This document shows, one piece after another, positions 26,901-37,588 of a stretch of DNA of 64,000 nucleotides. Under the pieces are notes generated by a model. It did no database searches. It had not been told where the DNA came from and was given only the letters and a program-made list of their open reading frames with translations. Positions within the stretch are counted from its first letter, which is position 1. The number at the start of each line of letters is the position of its first letter. The stretch is taken from contig OZ360223.1 of the NCBI GenBank assembly GCA_977017645.1, positions 198,152,001 through 198,216,000 of the forward strand, given 5' to 3'. The DNA comes from Torpedo marmorata. Lineage: Eukaryota. A program made the position numbers and the translations under genes.

Positions 26901-28619
26901 AGACGCCATGGCCACCTTCTGGCTTACCGGTATAATCGTGAGGCCACAGCGCTGGACAGTGTCCGGGTGGATGAAGCTCTCCGTACTGCCCGTATCGAAG
27001 AGACAGGTGGTCTTGTGTCCCTTCACCAGAATGTCCATCATGGATCTTGCTAACTGGTGAGGGATGCTCTGGTCGAGGGTGACTGACGCAAGAGTTGCGA
27101 TGTATTCATCGTCTTCTTCTTCCACCGCCGACAAGTATTCATCGTCTTCTTCTTCTTCCACCGCCGACAAAGATGGCCGCCCCCGCGGCTCGCACGTGTC
27201 GCTGCAAGATGGCCGCCCCCGTGGCTCGCACGTGTCGCTGCTGCCGCTGCTGTAAAATGGCGGCGGTAGTATCGCTGGAAGTACGGATGCGGGTGGTGCA
27301 GGAAGTGCCAGCATCAAAGATGGCCGCCTCCGCGGCTCACACGAGGCCGGTTCCGGAAGTGCCAGCATCAAAGATGGCCGCCCCCCGCGGTTTGCACGAG
27401 GCCGGTTCCGGAAGTGCCAGCGTCAAAGATGGCCGCCCCCGCGGCTCGCACGAGGTCGACGCTGGAAGCTGCTGCAGGTTCAGGTAGGATGGCTGCCCCC
27501 GCAGCTCGCACGCGGCGCTACTCGGACCCGGGCGCGACTTGGAGCGGCAGGCCTTCATGTAATGGCCTTTCCTGCCGCATCCGGAACAAGTTGCGTCGCG
27601 GGCCGGGCAGCGCTTCCGCGGGTGTTTTTCAAGCCCGCAGAAGTAACACTTCTCGGGCTCGCGGCTCGCGGCAGCGGCGGTGAGGATCGCGGTCGCGATC
27701 GGGTCGGCACAGATGGCGGCGGTCGCGATCGGGTCGGCACGGATGGCGGCGGCGGCGGTCAGTTCGTTCACCGGGCTAGGGGATGGGGCCGACCACATTG
27801 CGGGCTGGGCCTGCATGGCATCGGCGTTCCGCTGCGCGGTCTCCAGCGTGTTGACCATCGCTACCGCCCCCGAAAAGTCCAGGTCGGCGTGCTCTAATAG
27901 TCTCTGGCGCACATCTACCGACCTGAGCCCCATGATGAACGCATCTCGCTCCACCACTCGCAAGTGTTCCTCCGCAGTCTGGGCTTTACAGTCGCACGCC
28001 CGTGCAAGTGACTGGATGGCCCTGACATATTCCACAGTCGATTCCCCGGTTCGCTGCCTCCGTGAGTAGAGCCGGTATCGCGCGTAGACCGCGTTGACGG
28101 GCGCTAGGTAGATTCCTTTCAGGGCCTCGATGGCCCCCGTGTAGGTTCGGTGTTCTCTTACCGTCGTGTACACCCGATGGCTCACCCTGGAGGTAAGGAC
28201 TCTCAGTTGTTCCTCTTCACTTTCGGCTTTCACTGTGAACATGAACGATTCAAGGCAGGCCAGCCAGTGTTCAAAGATGTTACTAGCCTCGGGGGCTAGG
28301 TGGTCGAGGTCTAGGATAGCTGGTCGTAGTGCTCCTTCCATCAGAAGTTCTTTAGCCAATAAAATTGATAGGCCTATCAATAACAACTCAAAGACTGTGA
28401 GAGCAAGTGAATCATAGGCTTTTATTGGCTAAGAATGGAGCTGAGCTTCCTCCTCGATCAGGTCCGGACTGAAGGGGGGTGGCCGAGATACAGTGGCCTT
28501 TATTCAGGTGAGGAAAGGGGAGGGATTACCTGGACACCCAAGGGAGGGGAGGGAGTAGCCATCAGTCCGGCCCGCAGTACCTATACGTACCACCAATACA
28601 AGCACAGTGGTTTACCACA
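23912..28619 (-). mobile_element. Ty3/Gypsy LTR retrotransposon copy B, recent
   Basis: 254-bp LTRs 23912-24165 and 28366-28619 with one difference seen; TSD ATCCC (23907-23911, 28620-28624); PPT present. Confidence 0.97.
24261..28341 (-). pseudogene. gag-pol: gag-pol of copy B, with a 1-bp frameshift near 27380 and a 10-codon in-frame RT deletion
   Basis: Two CCHC knuckles, FDTGST, YLDD, RNase H and integrase DDE. DKCV-YVVENG lacks the FGxTRLAILG present in copies C and D. Confidence 0.9.
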
Positions 28620-29343
28620 ATCCCAACTCCTAATATTCAAAACTTTGATTTATGAAGGCCAAGGTGCCAAAAGCTCTCTTTACGACCCTAACTACCTGTG
28701 GCACCACTTTCAGGGAATTGTGCATCTGTATTCCCAGATCCTTCTGTTTTATCACACTCCAAATGCCCTACCATTTACCGTGTATGTCCTACCTTGGTTT
28801 GTCCTTCCAAAATGCATCATCTCACATTTGTCTGCATTAAATTCCATCTGCCATTTTGCAGCCCATGTTTCCAGCTGGTCCAGATCCCTCAGCAAGCTTT
28901 TAAAGCCTTCCTCACTGTCCACTACATCTCTAATCTTTGTGCCATCTGTAAACTTGCTGAATTTACTAGATGTAGATCATTGATTATAGATGACAAAAAC
29001 AGTGAACCTAGCACTGATCCTTGCAGCATTCCACTAGTCACCGGCCACCAGTCAGAGGCAATCATTCACTACCACTCTCTGGCTTCTACCATAAAGCCAA
29101 TGCCGAATCCAGTTCACTACCTCACCATGAATACTGAGCGACTGAACCTTCCTGACTAATCTTCCATGTGAGACCTTGTCAAAGGCCTTACTAAAGTCCA
29201 TGTAGACAACATCCACAGCCTTTCCTTAATAAACTTCCCTGGTAACCTCTTCAAAACTCTATAAGATTTGTTAAGCACAACCTACCACACACAAAGCCAT
29301 GTTGACTATCCCCAATTAGTCCCTGACTATCCAAATACTTGTA

Positions 29344-29770
29344 CAGGTGCTTATCCTTTTATCCGAAATTCTGAAAACCGAACATTTTTTCCAGTATATT
29401 TTCAGGTGTTTAGCTTAGTTTGAGCCAGTTAATGTTTGAAGTTTTACTTAAAAATAAAAAGTACGCTAGTAATTTTATGGTCCATCTTTATCTCACTTCA
29501 TTTACCACCCCACCCCACCCGGGTCCAGTGCTGTCCCCCCCCCGTCCAGTGCCGCCGCGAACACCCCCGTCCAGCGCCACCGCAACCCCCCACCATCAAA
29601 TGCCGCCGTCCAGAAACCCTTCTAGTTGGAGTGTGTCTTTGTTTTGCGTGAATCTGAAGCAACGCAATTATTTAAAAGTACCACCGTTAAAATAATTCTA
29701 TAATCCGAAAAAATCCAAAATCCGAAATGTGTCCGGCCCCAAGGATTTCGGATAAAAGGATAAGGACCTG
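29344..29770. mobile_element. Non-autonomous Tc1/mariner-pogo (Tigger-like) MITE
   Basis: 26-bp TIR CAGGT(G/C)CTTATCCTTTTATCCGAAAT with one mismatch; TA on both sides; splits the CR1 RT sequence cleanly. Confidence 0.9.
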
Positions 29771-30437
29771 TATATCCAAACTCTTAGAACACCTTCCAAT
29801 AACCTACCTACTACTGATGTCAGACTCACCGGCCTATAATTTCCTGGGTTATTTTTGGAGCCTTTTTTAAACAACAGAACAATATGAGCTGTCCTCCAAT
29901 CCTCTGGTACATCACCCGTGGCTAAGGATGTTTTATAAATATCTGAGAGAGCCCCTGCAATTTCTGCACGAGCCTCCCTCAAGGTCCAAGTGAATACCTT
30001 GTCAGGCCCTGGGGTTTCTCCACGTTTATTTGCTTTAAGACAGCAAGCACCTCCTCCTGTTTAATCTATATAGGCTCCATGACTTTACTGTTTGCCTCAC
30101 TTCCCTGGCAGAGATAAGCAGAGTATCAATCTACTCCAACCATTATTATTATCAGTAACCTATCTTGTGTTGAAATGAGTCCTTTGATGCATTTGGTGCA
30201 AAGGTAATTGACCTTTGGTGGATTATCTGGTGGATTTCTGGGTTGACGCTTTTCTTGGGATTTAGTTGCTATTCTAGCATGCTTTTTTTGGTGGAAATTT
30301 ATCTCTCTGCTGACCTTGGGTGGGACATCAAACCTTGACTCACTTTGTGATGGTTCTTGGGACCTGGACCAAAGGTACTCTCACTTTTGCATGTCTTCCC
30401 ACTAAACTGCCAGCTTAGTCTCCTTTTAAAAAAAAAA

Positions 30438-30730
30438 ACCTGCAGATGGTAGAAAGCTGAAATAAAAGCAAAGTACTAGAAACACTCAGCAGATCATGCA
30501 GCATCTGTTGAAAGAAAGCAGAGTTAACATTTCAAGTCACACTCTTTTTTTTTCTCTCTCTAATTCCCTCAATAATCTATTAGAGATGGCTCAAAAAATC
30601 CCTCGCATCATCTAAGCAACTACTTCCTCACTGACTTACCTGTCCCTCCCCCTCTCTGCAATTTAAAACTATTTTTCTCACCTTTGCAGTTCTGATAAAG
30701 GGTCTTCAATCAGCTGGGTATTTCTGTATT
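30438..30730. mobile_element. Old Penelope-like pseudo-LTR remnants in inverted arrangement
   Basis: AAACACTCAGCAGATCATGCAGCATCTG on - and TTCTGATAAAGGGTCTT on + resemble the ends of the 943-2655 element. Confidence 0.55.
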
Positions 30731-30845
30731 GATTGTTGTCAACATCACCCACTATCAAGCAGCTGATGAGGTGTCACAATGCTACATTAGTGGGATACTT
30801 CTGAAGTTCTGGCTAAAATGTTTCACTCCTGAAATCTCAACACTT

Positions 30846-31092
30846 GTTTTTAAATTTAGACATACAGCACGGTAACAGGCCTTTCCGGCCCACAAGCCCG
30901 TGCCGCCCAATTACACACAAAAGTCCTACAACCCCCGTACGTTTTGAAGGGTGGGAGGAAACCGGAGCACCCGGAGGAAACCCATGCAGACACGGGGATA
31001 ATGTACAAACTCCTTCAAGACAGCACTGGATTCGACCCCGGTTACTGGCGCTGTAACAGTGTTGCGCTAACCGCTATGCTAACCATGCTGCC
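30846..31092 (-). mobile_element. HE1-like V-SINE, young and full length
   Basis: GGGAGGAAACCGGAGCACCCGGAGGAAACCCA is the reverse complement of the V-domain; tRNA-like head at 31030-31092; CR1-like tail at 30850-30900. Confidence 0.88.
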
Positions 31093-31299
31093 TTATCAAC
31101 ATAAAAAATAAATCAGTTCTGTGGGAGTTTAGAATTATAAAAGCTAATAGTATGTCTAATGTAAATCCTCATTCAATTCTATTCCCCAATGGTGTCCAGA
31201 AATGGATTTTATCCCATTTGTAATCATTCCACATATTTCTTAAAGAAAAAAAAATCCTATTTCTCGTCCTTAGTTTGAAGAGCTGCTGAACTTCCCTTA

Positions 31300-31582
31300 C
31301 AGTCATGGATTCAGACAGTACAGACAGACGCCCTTCAGCCCACCATGTTTATGGTGACCTTTCTGCTCATCTGCAGCACTTTCGAGACACCAACCATTCT
31401 ATCTACCGGTATATTAAAAAAACCAGATCACTTTTAAAACTACTTTCTCCACTGTGTCCTCTTGTTTTTAATAGCCCTGGAATGTGGAAAAATATCTTCC
31501 CTATTTATGCCTCTACCTTGACTAGATTGACCTCTCAGCCTCCTTCACTCCAAGGAAAATAAACCCACCTATCCAATCACTC
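31300..31582 (-). mobile_element. Old CR1 3' remnant
   Basis: CAGTACAGACAG..CCCTTCAGCCCACC tail and CCTTCACTCCAAGGAAAATAAACCCA (reverse of GLFSLE). Confidence 0.5.
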
Positions 31583-31629
31583 CTTTTTGTGGAGGTGGTG
31601 AAACTCAATTTCACCACCTCCACAAAAAG
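31583..31629. repeat. Perfect 21-bp inverted repeat with a 5-nt loop
   Basis: CTTTTTGTGGAGGTGGTGAAA-CTCAA-TTTCACCACCTCCACAAAAAG. Confidence 0.95.
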
Positions 31630-33995
31630 TTGAGTATACTCTGCCATTTTAATTTCTAGAATTATTTTTATTTTGCTTCTGTGATTGACATTTGAACATG
31701 GTATACTAATTTCTGGTGATGTTTGACGTAATGAAACCCTTCTTGTTATGAACAGACTTGTGCTCACTTTGTTAAATCAGTTTTTAATTGTTTTTGCTGT
31801 TATTGATCACAACGATCCTTGTTTATGTGAGACAAATGGATAGTGAACCTTATATCTGAAGAATAGGAACAAGTAAGAGAAAAGAATTGCACTATGCAAA
31901 GCTTTTCTTGATATTCTCTGTATTTATACTCTGTCATTCTCTCTATTCCTTTCACCCACTTCACAACATTTGAACTGATTAATTGTGCCTGTTCCTCCTC
32001 TCCATCATCAATTCACTGGTGTACTCTTGTCTGACTCTACTCTAATACCAGCTAATGATTATAACCAGATATTTCCCCATATTCTCTCAATAAAACAGTC
32101 AATTGTGTTAAAGAAGCAATAGGTTTTGTCATATATATCAATACATCATCTGCAAATAAACTGATTTTATGCTCTTCTCTTCCAACTTTAATACCTGCAA
32201 TCTTAATATCTTGTCTCATTAGTTCTGCCAAAGGTTCTATTGCTAAAATAAACAATGCTGGCGACAAAGGGCATCCTTGTCTAGTTGACATAGTCAAAGA
32301 AAATTTTGAAGAAATGTGTCCATTTGTCACCACTTTAGCAGATGGTTCTTTATATACAGTTTTAATCCAATTAATAAATGTAGTTCCAAAACCAAATTTC
32401 CCCAATACCTTAAATAAATAATTCCACTCTAATCTATCAAAAGCCTTTTCAGCATCTAATGTTAATACTACTGCTAGGTCATCTTTTTTTCCACATTAAT
32501 TAAACTAATTAATCTAGCTATATTATCTTTTGAATATCTATTCTTAATAAAACCAGCTTGATCTACATGGATTAAATCTGGTAAATAGTTAGCCACTCTG
32601 TTTGCTAAAATTTTTGCCATTATCTTATAATCCACATTTAACAATGAAATTGGTCTATATGATTCTGTCTTCAACACATCTCTATCTTTTTTAGGTATAA
32701 CTAATTATTGCATTCGAAAATGTTTCCGGTAATGAATGAGTTTCCATTATTTGTTTCAACACATCCATATATGGAGGTATCAATGAATCTTTAAACTCCT
32801 TATGAAATTCTGATGGGAAGCCGTCCTCCCCTGGAGATTTACCACTCGTTAAAGAACTGAGAACATCATTAACTTCCCTCATTGAAAAAGACGAATCTAA
32901 AAGTTCTTTACTTTGAGTATTTAATCTAGGTAACTAAATTTTAGATAGAAATTCATTAATTTTAGAATCATCTTTATTAATCTGAGATTTATAAATATTC
33001 AAATAAAAATCCTTAAAATCATTTATTTCTTGAGGTTTATATGTTATTTTCTTAGAATTCATTTTTATAGCATTTATAGTTCTAGAGGTTTGATCTTTCT
33101 TTAATTGCCACACCAACACTTTATGTGCTCTTTCTCCCAATTCATAATATCTTTGCTTAGTTCTTTTAATTATTTTTTCCATTTTATATGTTTGTAAAAT
33201 ATTATAATGCAATTTTTTCCCAATTAAATTTTTCCTCTTTTCTTCTGATCTCTTTTTTTGCAAGTCCTTCTCCAAGAATTCAATCTCCCTCTCCAAATTA
33301 TCCACCTCCCAAACATATTCCTTCTTAACTTTTGCTGAATAACTTATTATTTGGCCTCTTAAATAAGCCTTTAAAGCTTCCCAAATAATAAATTTATTAT
33401 CAATCGAATTAGAATTAATCTGTAAAAATTCTTGAATTTCTATTATATAATCACAAAAATCCATTCTTTCTAATAAAGAGGAATTAAATCTCCACCTATA
33501 TATAGTTTTTTTCTTTTTCTGGAATTATACAAGACATTAATAAAGGCGAATGATCAGAAATTATTCTTGCTTTATAATGTGCTTGTGTTACCCTATCTTG
33601 CACTTGTGAGGTCAATAAAAACATATGTATCCTAGAATATGAATCATGTCTAAAAGAATAAAAGGAATAATCTTTTTCTCTTGGATTCAACTTTCTCCAA
33701 ATATCTATTAGGTTTAAATCTTTCATCAAAATAAGATTTATTTTAGCAATTTTAGTTTTAACAACTGATTTCGATATTTTATCCATTATCGGATCTAAAC
33801 AACAATTAAAATCCCCACCAATTAAAATATTGTCATTAGCTTCTAACAAATGCATAAAAGAATCTTGAATAAATTGTTCATCTTACATATTTGGTACATA
33901 TATATTCATAAGTGTCCACATTTCTGAATATATCTGACAATGTATTAAAACATATCTACCTACCACATCTATAACCACAGATTGTATTTTAAAAG

Positions 33996-34892
33996 TGTTA
34001 CAAAATCAAACCAGCAACGACAGAAGACGCAATGCAAAAGGGGTAAAATTGAAATTATTATTTATTAAACACAAGTAAACATATAATTTCACAACAATTA
34101 ACCCCACTATAAACGTCTATAAACTCTATTCTTATCTAAAAGGTGTATGTGTGTGTGTGTAAAGCCCAGACCATTACAGTCTGTGCCCAACCCTTATGTA
34201 AAAATGGAAAAACTTTCCCCAAAAACCCCAGGTCAGTCATAAAAAACAAGTCAGTCAAAAAAAGAGGATAATACAGACGACAAAATCCACTCTCTAAGTT
34301 CAGGCTTCAATACAGCTCTGAGTCTGGTAGAAGTACTTCTGAATGAACGTTGGAGAGAGACAATGACTGTTTATTCTTACAAATACTTGTTTTCTTCTCT
34401 GATGACGTCCCCTTCTTGTAGGTTCATAAGGATTGCAAGTTCCAGATCAGTATACTACTGATTTAGGCGTATGCTTGAATCTCACAGCTAGTCTCGCTGA
34501 TCTCACGCCTGTTCTCCACAGAAGTTGCTTTTTCACAGAATTTCTCTGAGACAGGAGGCCATGTGCTATTCTGTCAGTCTTTCTCTGACTTTGCACACAC
34601 CTGGATTTGGCTGTGTCTTGTAGCCTTGCAACTCACAACTGTGTCTGCTTTGCAGAGATCTGCCCCTGCTTTTTGCAGAAGTGAAACAAATGTATCTTGT
34701 CTAGTCTGTGTCTCTCTCTCTGGTCTCTCTCTGTCTGGGTACACCAAGAGTGCAACAATGTATCTTGTCTGGGTACACCAAGTAGCTGGGGAAGTTAACT
34801 CTTTCAGTACCTGGCCCCAGTGTATACTCCAAAAGACTTCATCCTTCCTGCTGACTGTCCGCAGTCCAAATGGTCAGTCATGGTCCATAACA
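33996..34892 (-). mobile_element. Solo LTR (897 bp) inserted in the L1 endonuclease region
   Basis: TGTTA...TAACA termini, 4-bp TSD AAAG, AATAAA on - near 34060; L1 ORF2 resumes on both sides. Confidence 0.8.
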
Positions 34893-35766
34893 AAAGGTAA
34901 CTTTTTATTAACTAATATAGCAACTCCTCTTGCTTTAGAATTAAATGAAGATGCAACCACTTGACCAACCCATTCTCTCTTCAACTTTTGATGTTCTAGA
35001 TCTGTCAAATGTGTCTCTTGTAAACAAAGCGAGATCGACATTTAACTTTTTAATATATGCTAAAGTTTTCTTCCTTTTAATCGGATTATTTAGCCCATTT
35101 ATATTAATACTTACTACATTTATTGTTTTACTATCCATCATTACTAATTCTTAATAACTCTCTCTCCATCAGATCCATCAGCACCCTCCTCCACATTTGT
35201 AATCTATTTGACATCTCCTTAAAAAGAAAAAGAAAGAAAAAGAAAATTAAAAAAAACCAAAACCCCACTGTATACAATACTGGCAAAATTACCCCAGTAT
35301 TACCCCCCCCCCTCCATTACTCGGGAAGTGGCCCTCACCACTAAAGTGGTATGCGGCTGGGAAGGAGATAACAAAAAGTTCACCCCCCCAACAGATTTTA
35401 CACAACATTCATTATCATATCTTCATTTAGCTTCTTCAAGGTCCTTATTAACTTGGTCTTCATCAACCTCGATCTCGGCCTCATCCTCTTTTCCTAAAGT
35501 ACTTGGCAAAGAAACTTGGGATGGTGAAATATCTTGAACTTGGTGATGTTCCATCAAATCTTGATCTTTCTTCAAATATGGAAGGGAATTTGCATGTTGG
35601 AGAGCTTGTTGACAATCCGTAAGAAAACAAGATTGATTCCCTGTTGACTGAACCTTCAAAACCGCAGGATATCTAAACGAAAACTTACCGTATATTTCGG
35701 CGTATAAGTCGACCGGCAGATAAGTTGACCCCCTTTTTCAGCCTCATTTTAATGGTTTTATGGTAT

Positions 35767-36090
35767 ATCCGGCGTATAAGTTGACCCCCAAAAAACGCGA
35801 TGCCTGAGATGTTGCGCATTGACCGGCGTATAAGTCGACCCTCAAAAAACGCGATGATTGAGCTGCTGGGCGTTGACCGGCATATAGGTCGACCCTCAAA
35901 AAACGCGATGATTGAGCTGCTGGCCGTTGACTGGCGTATAGATCGACCCACACCGATCGAGATCATTGAGCTGCTGGGCGTTGACTGGCGTATAGATCGA
36001 CCCACAATGATCACGATCATTGAGCTGCTGGGCGTTGACCGGCGTATAGGTTGACCCACAACGATCGCGATCATTGAGCTGCTGGGCGTT
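35767..36090 (+). repeat. Subterminal tandem array, 54-bp unit x6
   Basis: Units start near 35767, 35821, 35875, 35929, 35983 and 36037; each holds a variant of the TIR core GGCGTATAAGTCGACC. Confidence 0.9.
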
Positions 36091-36110
36091 GGCTGGAGGT
36101 GATTGTTATC

Positions 36111-37436
36111 ATGGAGGCTCCATTGAAACGACGAAAGTATGAGGCGAGTTTTAAATTGAAAGTAATAGAAATGGCCAAGAAAACCAACAACTGTGCTGCA
36201 GCAAGAAAATTTGATATATATGAGAAGTTGGTAAGAGATTGGAGGAAGAAAGAAGATACTTTAAGAAAAATACCAAAAAGGCAATGTTCCATGAGAAGAG
36301 GAATCACTCGTTGGCCAGAGTTGGAAAATCATGTAGCAGCATGGGTACGTGAACAGAGGCAAGATTGCTACATAGTCACCCGAAATAAAATGAGAACATT
36401 TGCACTGAACTGGGCAAAATCGCACCCAGAACTCAGTAATGATTTTGAAGCTTCAGTAGGCTGGTGCAACCGTTTTATGAACAGGAAAAATCTGGTATTA
36501 CGACAAAAAACTAAAATTGCTCAGAAACTACCAAAAGATCTTGATCATAAAGTTGTAAGTTTTCACCAGTTTATTTTACGTAACCGGAAGAAACACAAGT
36601 TTGCATTGGCAAATATTGGAAACATGGACGAAACCCCCATGAATTTTGACATGATAGGCAATAGAACAGTGGAATGGAAAGGTGTGAAAACTGTGCAAAC
36701 CAGGAGTACAGGACATGAAAGGACCAGGTTTACTGTGGTGTTATCGTGCATGGCCGACGGGACAAAGTTAAGACCCATGGTAATCTTCAAGCGCAAACTT
36801 AAACCTAAAATAAATTTCCCAGCAGGTATTTTTGTACATTTTCATGAAAAAGGATGGATGGATGAAAATGGTGTAAAACTATGGATAGACAATGTGTGGA
36901 ACAGGCGGCCAGGTGGTTTACGCAAGGAACGGAGTTTGCTGGTCTGGGATATGTTTCGTAGCCACTTAACTGAGAAGACTAAAAGTACATTAACACAACA
37001 TAAAACTTACATGGCGGTTATCCCGGGTGGTTTGACGTCTATATTGCAACCTCTCGATGTCTGCTTGAACAAGCCATTCAAAGACCACGTGCGTGAAGAG
37101 TGGAATACATGGATGACGAGTGCAGAAAAATCATTTACAAAAGGCGGGGCAATGCGTGCTGCATCGCTTGATGTGCTGTGTGACTTCGTGCTCAAGGCAT
37201 GGGACAAAGTGAAAGTAAAGACTATAATAAAATCATTTGAAAAGTGCGGTATCTCTTGTGCAATTGATGGTACGGAAGATGATTTATTGTGGGACACTGA
37301 CGACGAAGCTGAAGACGCCTCATCAGATACAGACTGGGACCCGTACGATGACTGTTTAAACAGTGAGACCCCGGATGTGCTTGCCGAGATCTTTGCCTCA
37401 GACGATGATAGCGAAAGTGATTTTGAAGGGTTCTAA
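36111..37436 (+). CDS. pogo transposase, 441 aa: Brinker-like DNA-binding domain, CENP-B HTH, DDE_1 domain and acidic tail
   Basis: RRKYEASFKLKVI; WPELE; ASVGWCNRFMNR; NMDETP...VWDMF-(35 aa between Asp residues)-QPLDV. Confidence 0.93.
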   Translation: MEAPLKRRKYEASFKLKVIEMAKKTNNCAAARKFDIYEKLVRDWRKKEDTLRKIPKRQCSMRRGITRWPELENHVAAWVREQRQDCYIVTRNKMRTFALNWAKSHPELSNDFEASVGWCNRFMNRKNLVLRQKTKIAQKLPKDLDHKVVSFHQFILRNRKKHKFALANIGNMDETPMNFDMIGNRTVEWKGVKTVQTRSTGHERTRFTVVLSCMADGTKLRPMVIFKRKLKPKINFPAGIFVHFHEKGWMDENGVKLWIDNVWNRRPGGLRKERSLLVWDMFRSHLTEKTKSTLTQHKTYMAVIPGGLTSILQPLDVCLNKPFKDHVREEWNTWMTSAEKSFTKGGAMRAASLDVLCDFVLKAWDKVKVKTIIKSFEKCGISCAIDGTEDDLLWDTDDEAEDASSDTDWDPYDDCLNSETPDVLAEIFASDDDSESDFEGF

Positions 37437-37500
37437 ATGTCTTGTTGTTTTCAATTAAAATGTCAATGAAAATTTGTTGCAGTCGGGTTTTTTTTTGGTT

Positions 37501-37588
37501 TTTCAGGGGTCGACTTATACGCCGAATCGTGTTTTCAGGGGTCGACTTATACGCCGAATCGTGTTTTCAGGGGTCGACTTATACGCCG
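37501..37588 (+). repeat. Subterminal tandem array, 32-bp unit x about 3
   Basis: TTTCAGGGGTCGACTTATACGCCGAATCGTGT repeated; it contains the inverted TIR core. Confidence 0.9.

Larger units (their letters stand above)
23346..30100 (-). mobile_element. CR1 LINE fragment interrupted by Gypsy copy B and a MITE (pieces 23346-23911, 28620-29343, 29771-30100)
   Basis: ORFs 23682-23903 (LVRPNLEYCVQFWSP) and 29698-29982 (NYRPVSLTSVV); the sequence is colinear across both insertions. Confidence 0.9.

Noticed and set aside
27337-27400. Programmed gag/pol ribosomal frameshift in copy B
   Set aside because: Copies C and D have gag-pol in one frame. The shift coincides with one extra base in a C/G run of a repeat unit, so it is a mutation or sequencing error.
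35767-36090. CRISPR-like array
   Set aside because: The inter-core sequences are near-identical rather than unique spacers, the context is eukaryotic, and the array lies within transposon TIRs.
36111-37436. Domesticated host gene POGK or TIGD
   Set aside because: Flanked by perfect TIRs and a TA TSD, inserted in an L1, and has no KRAB exon. It is a transposon.
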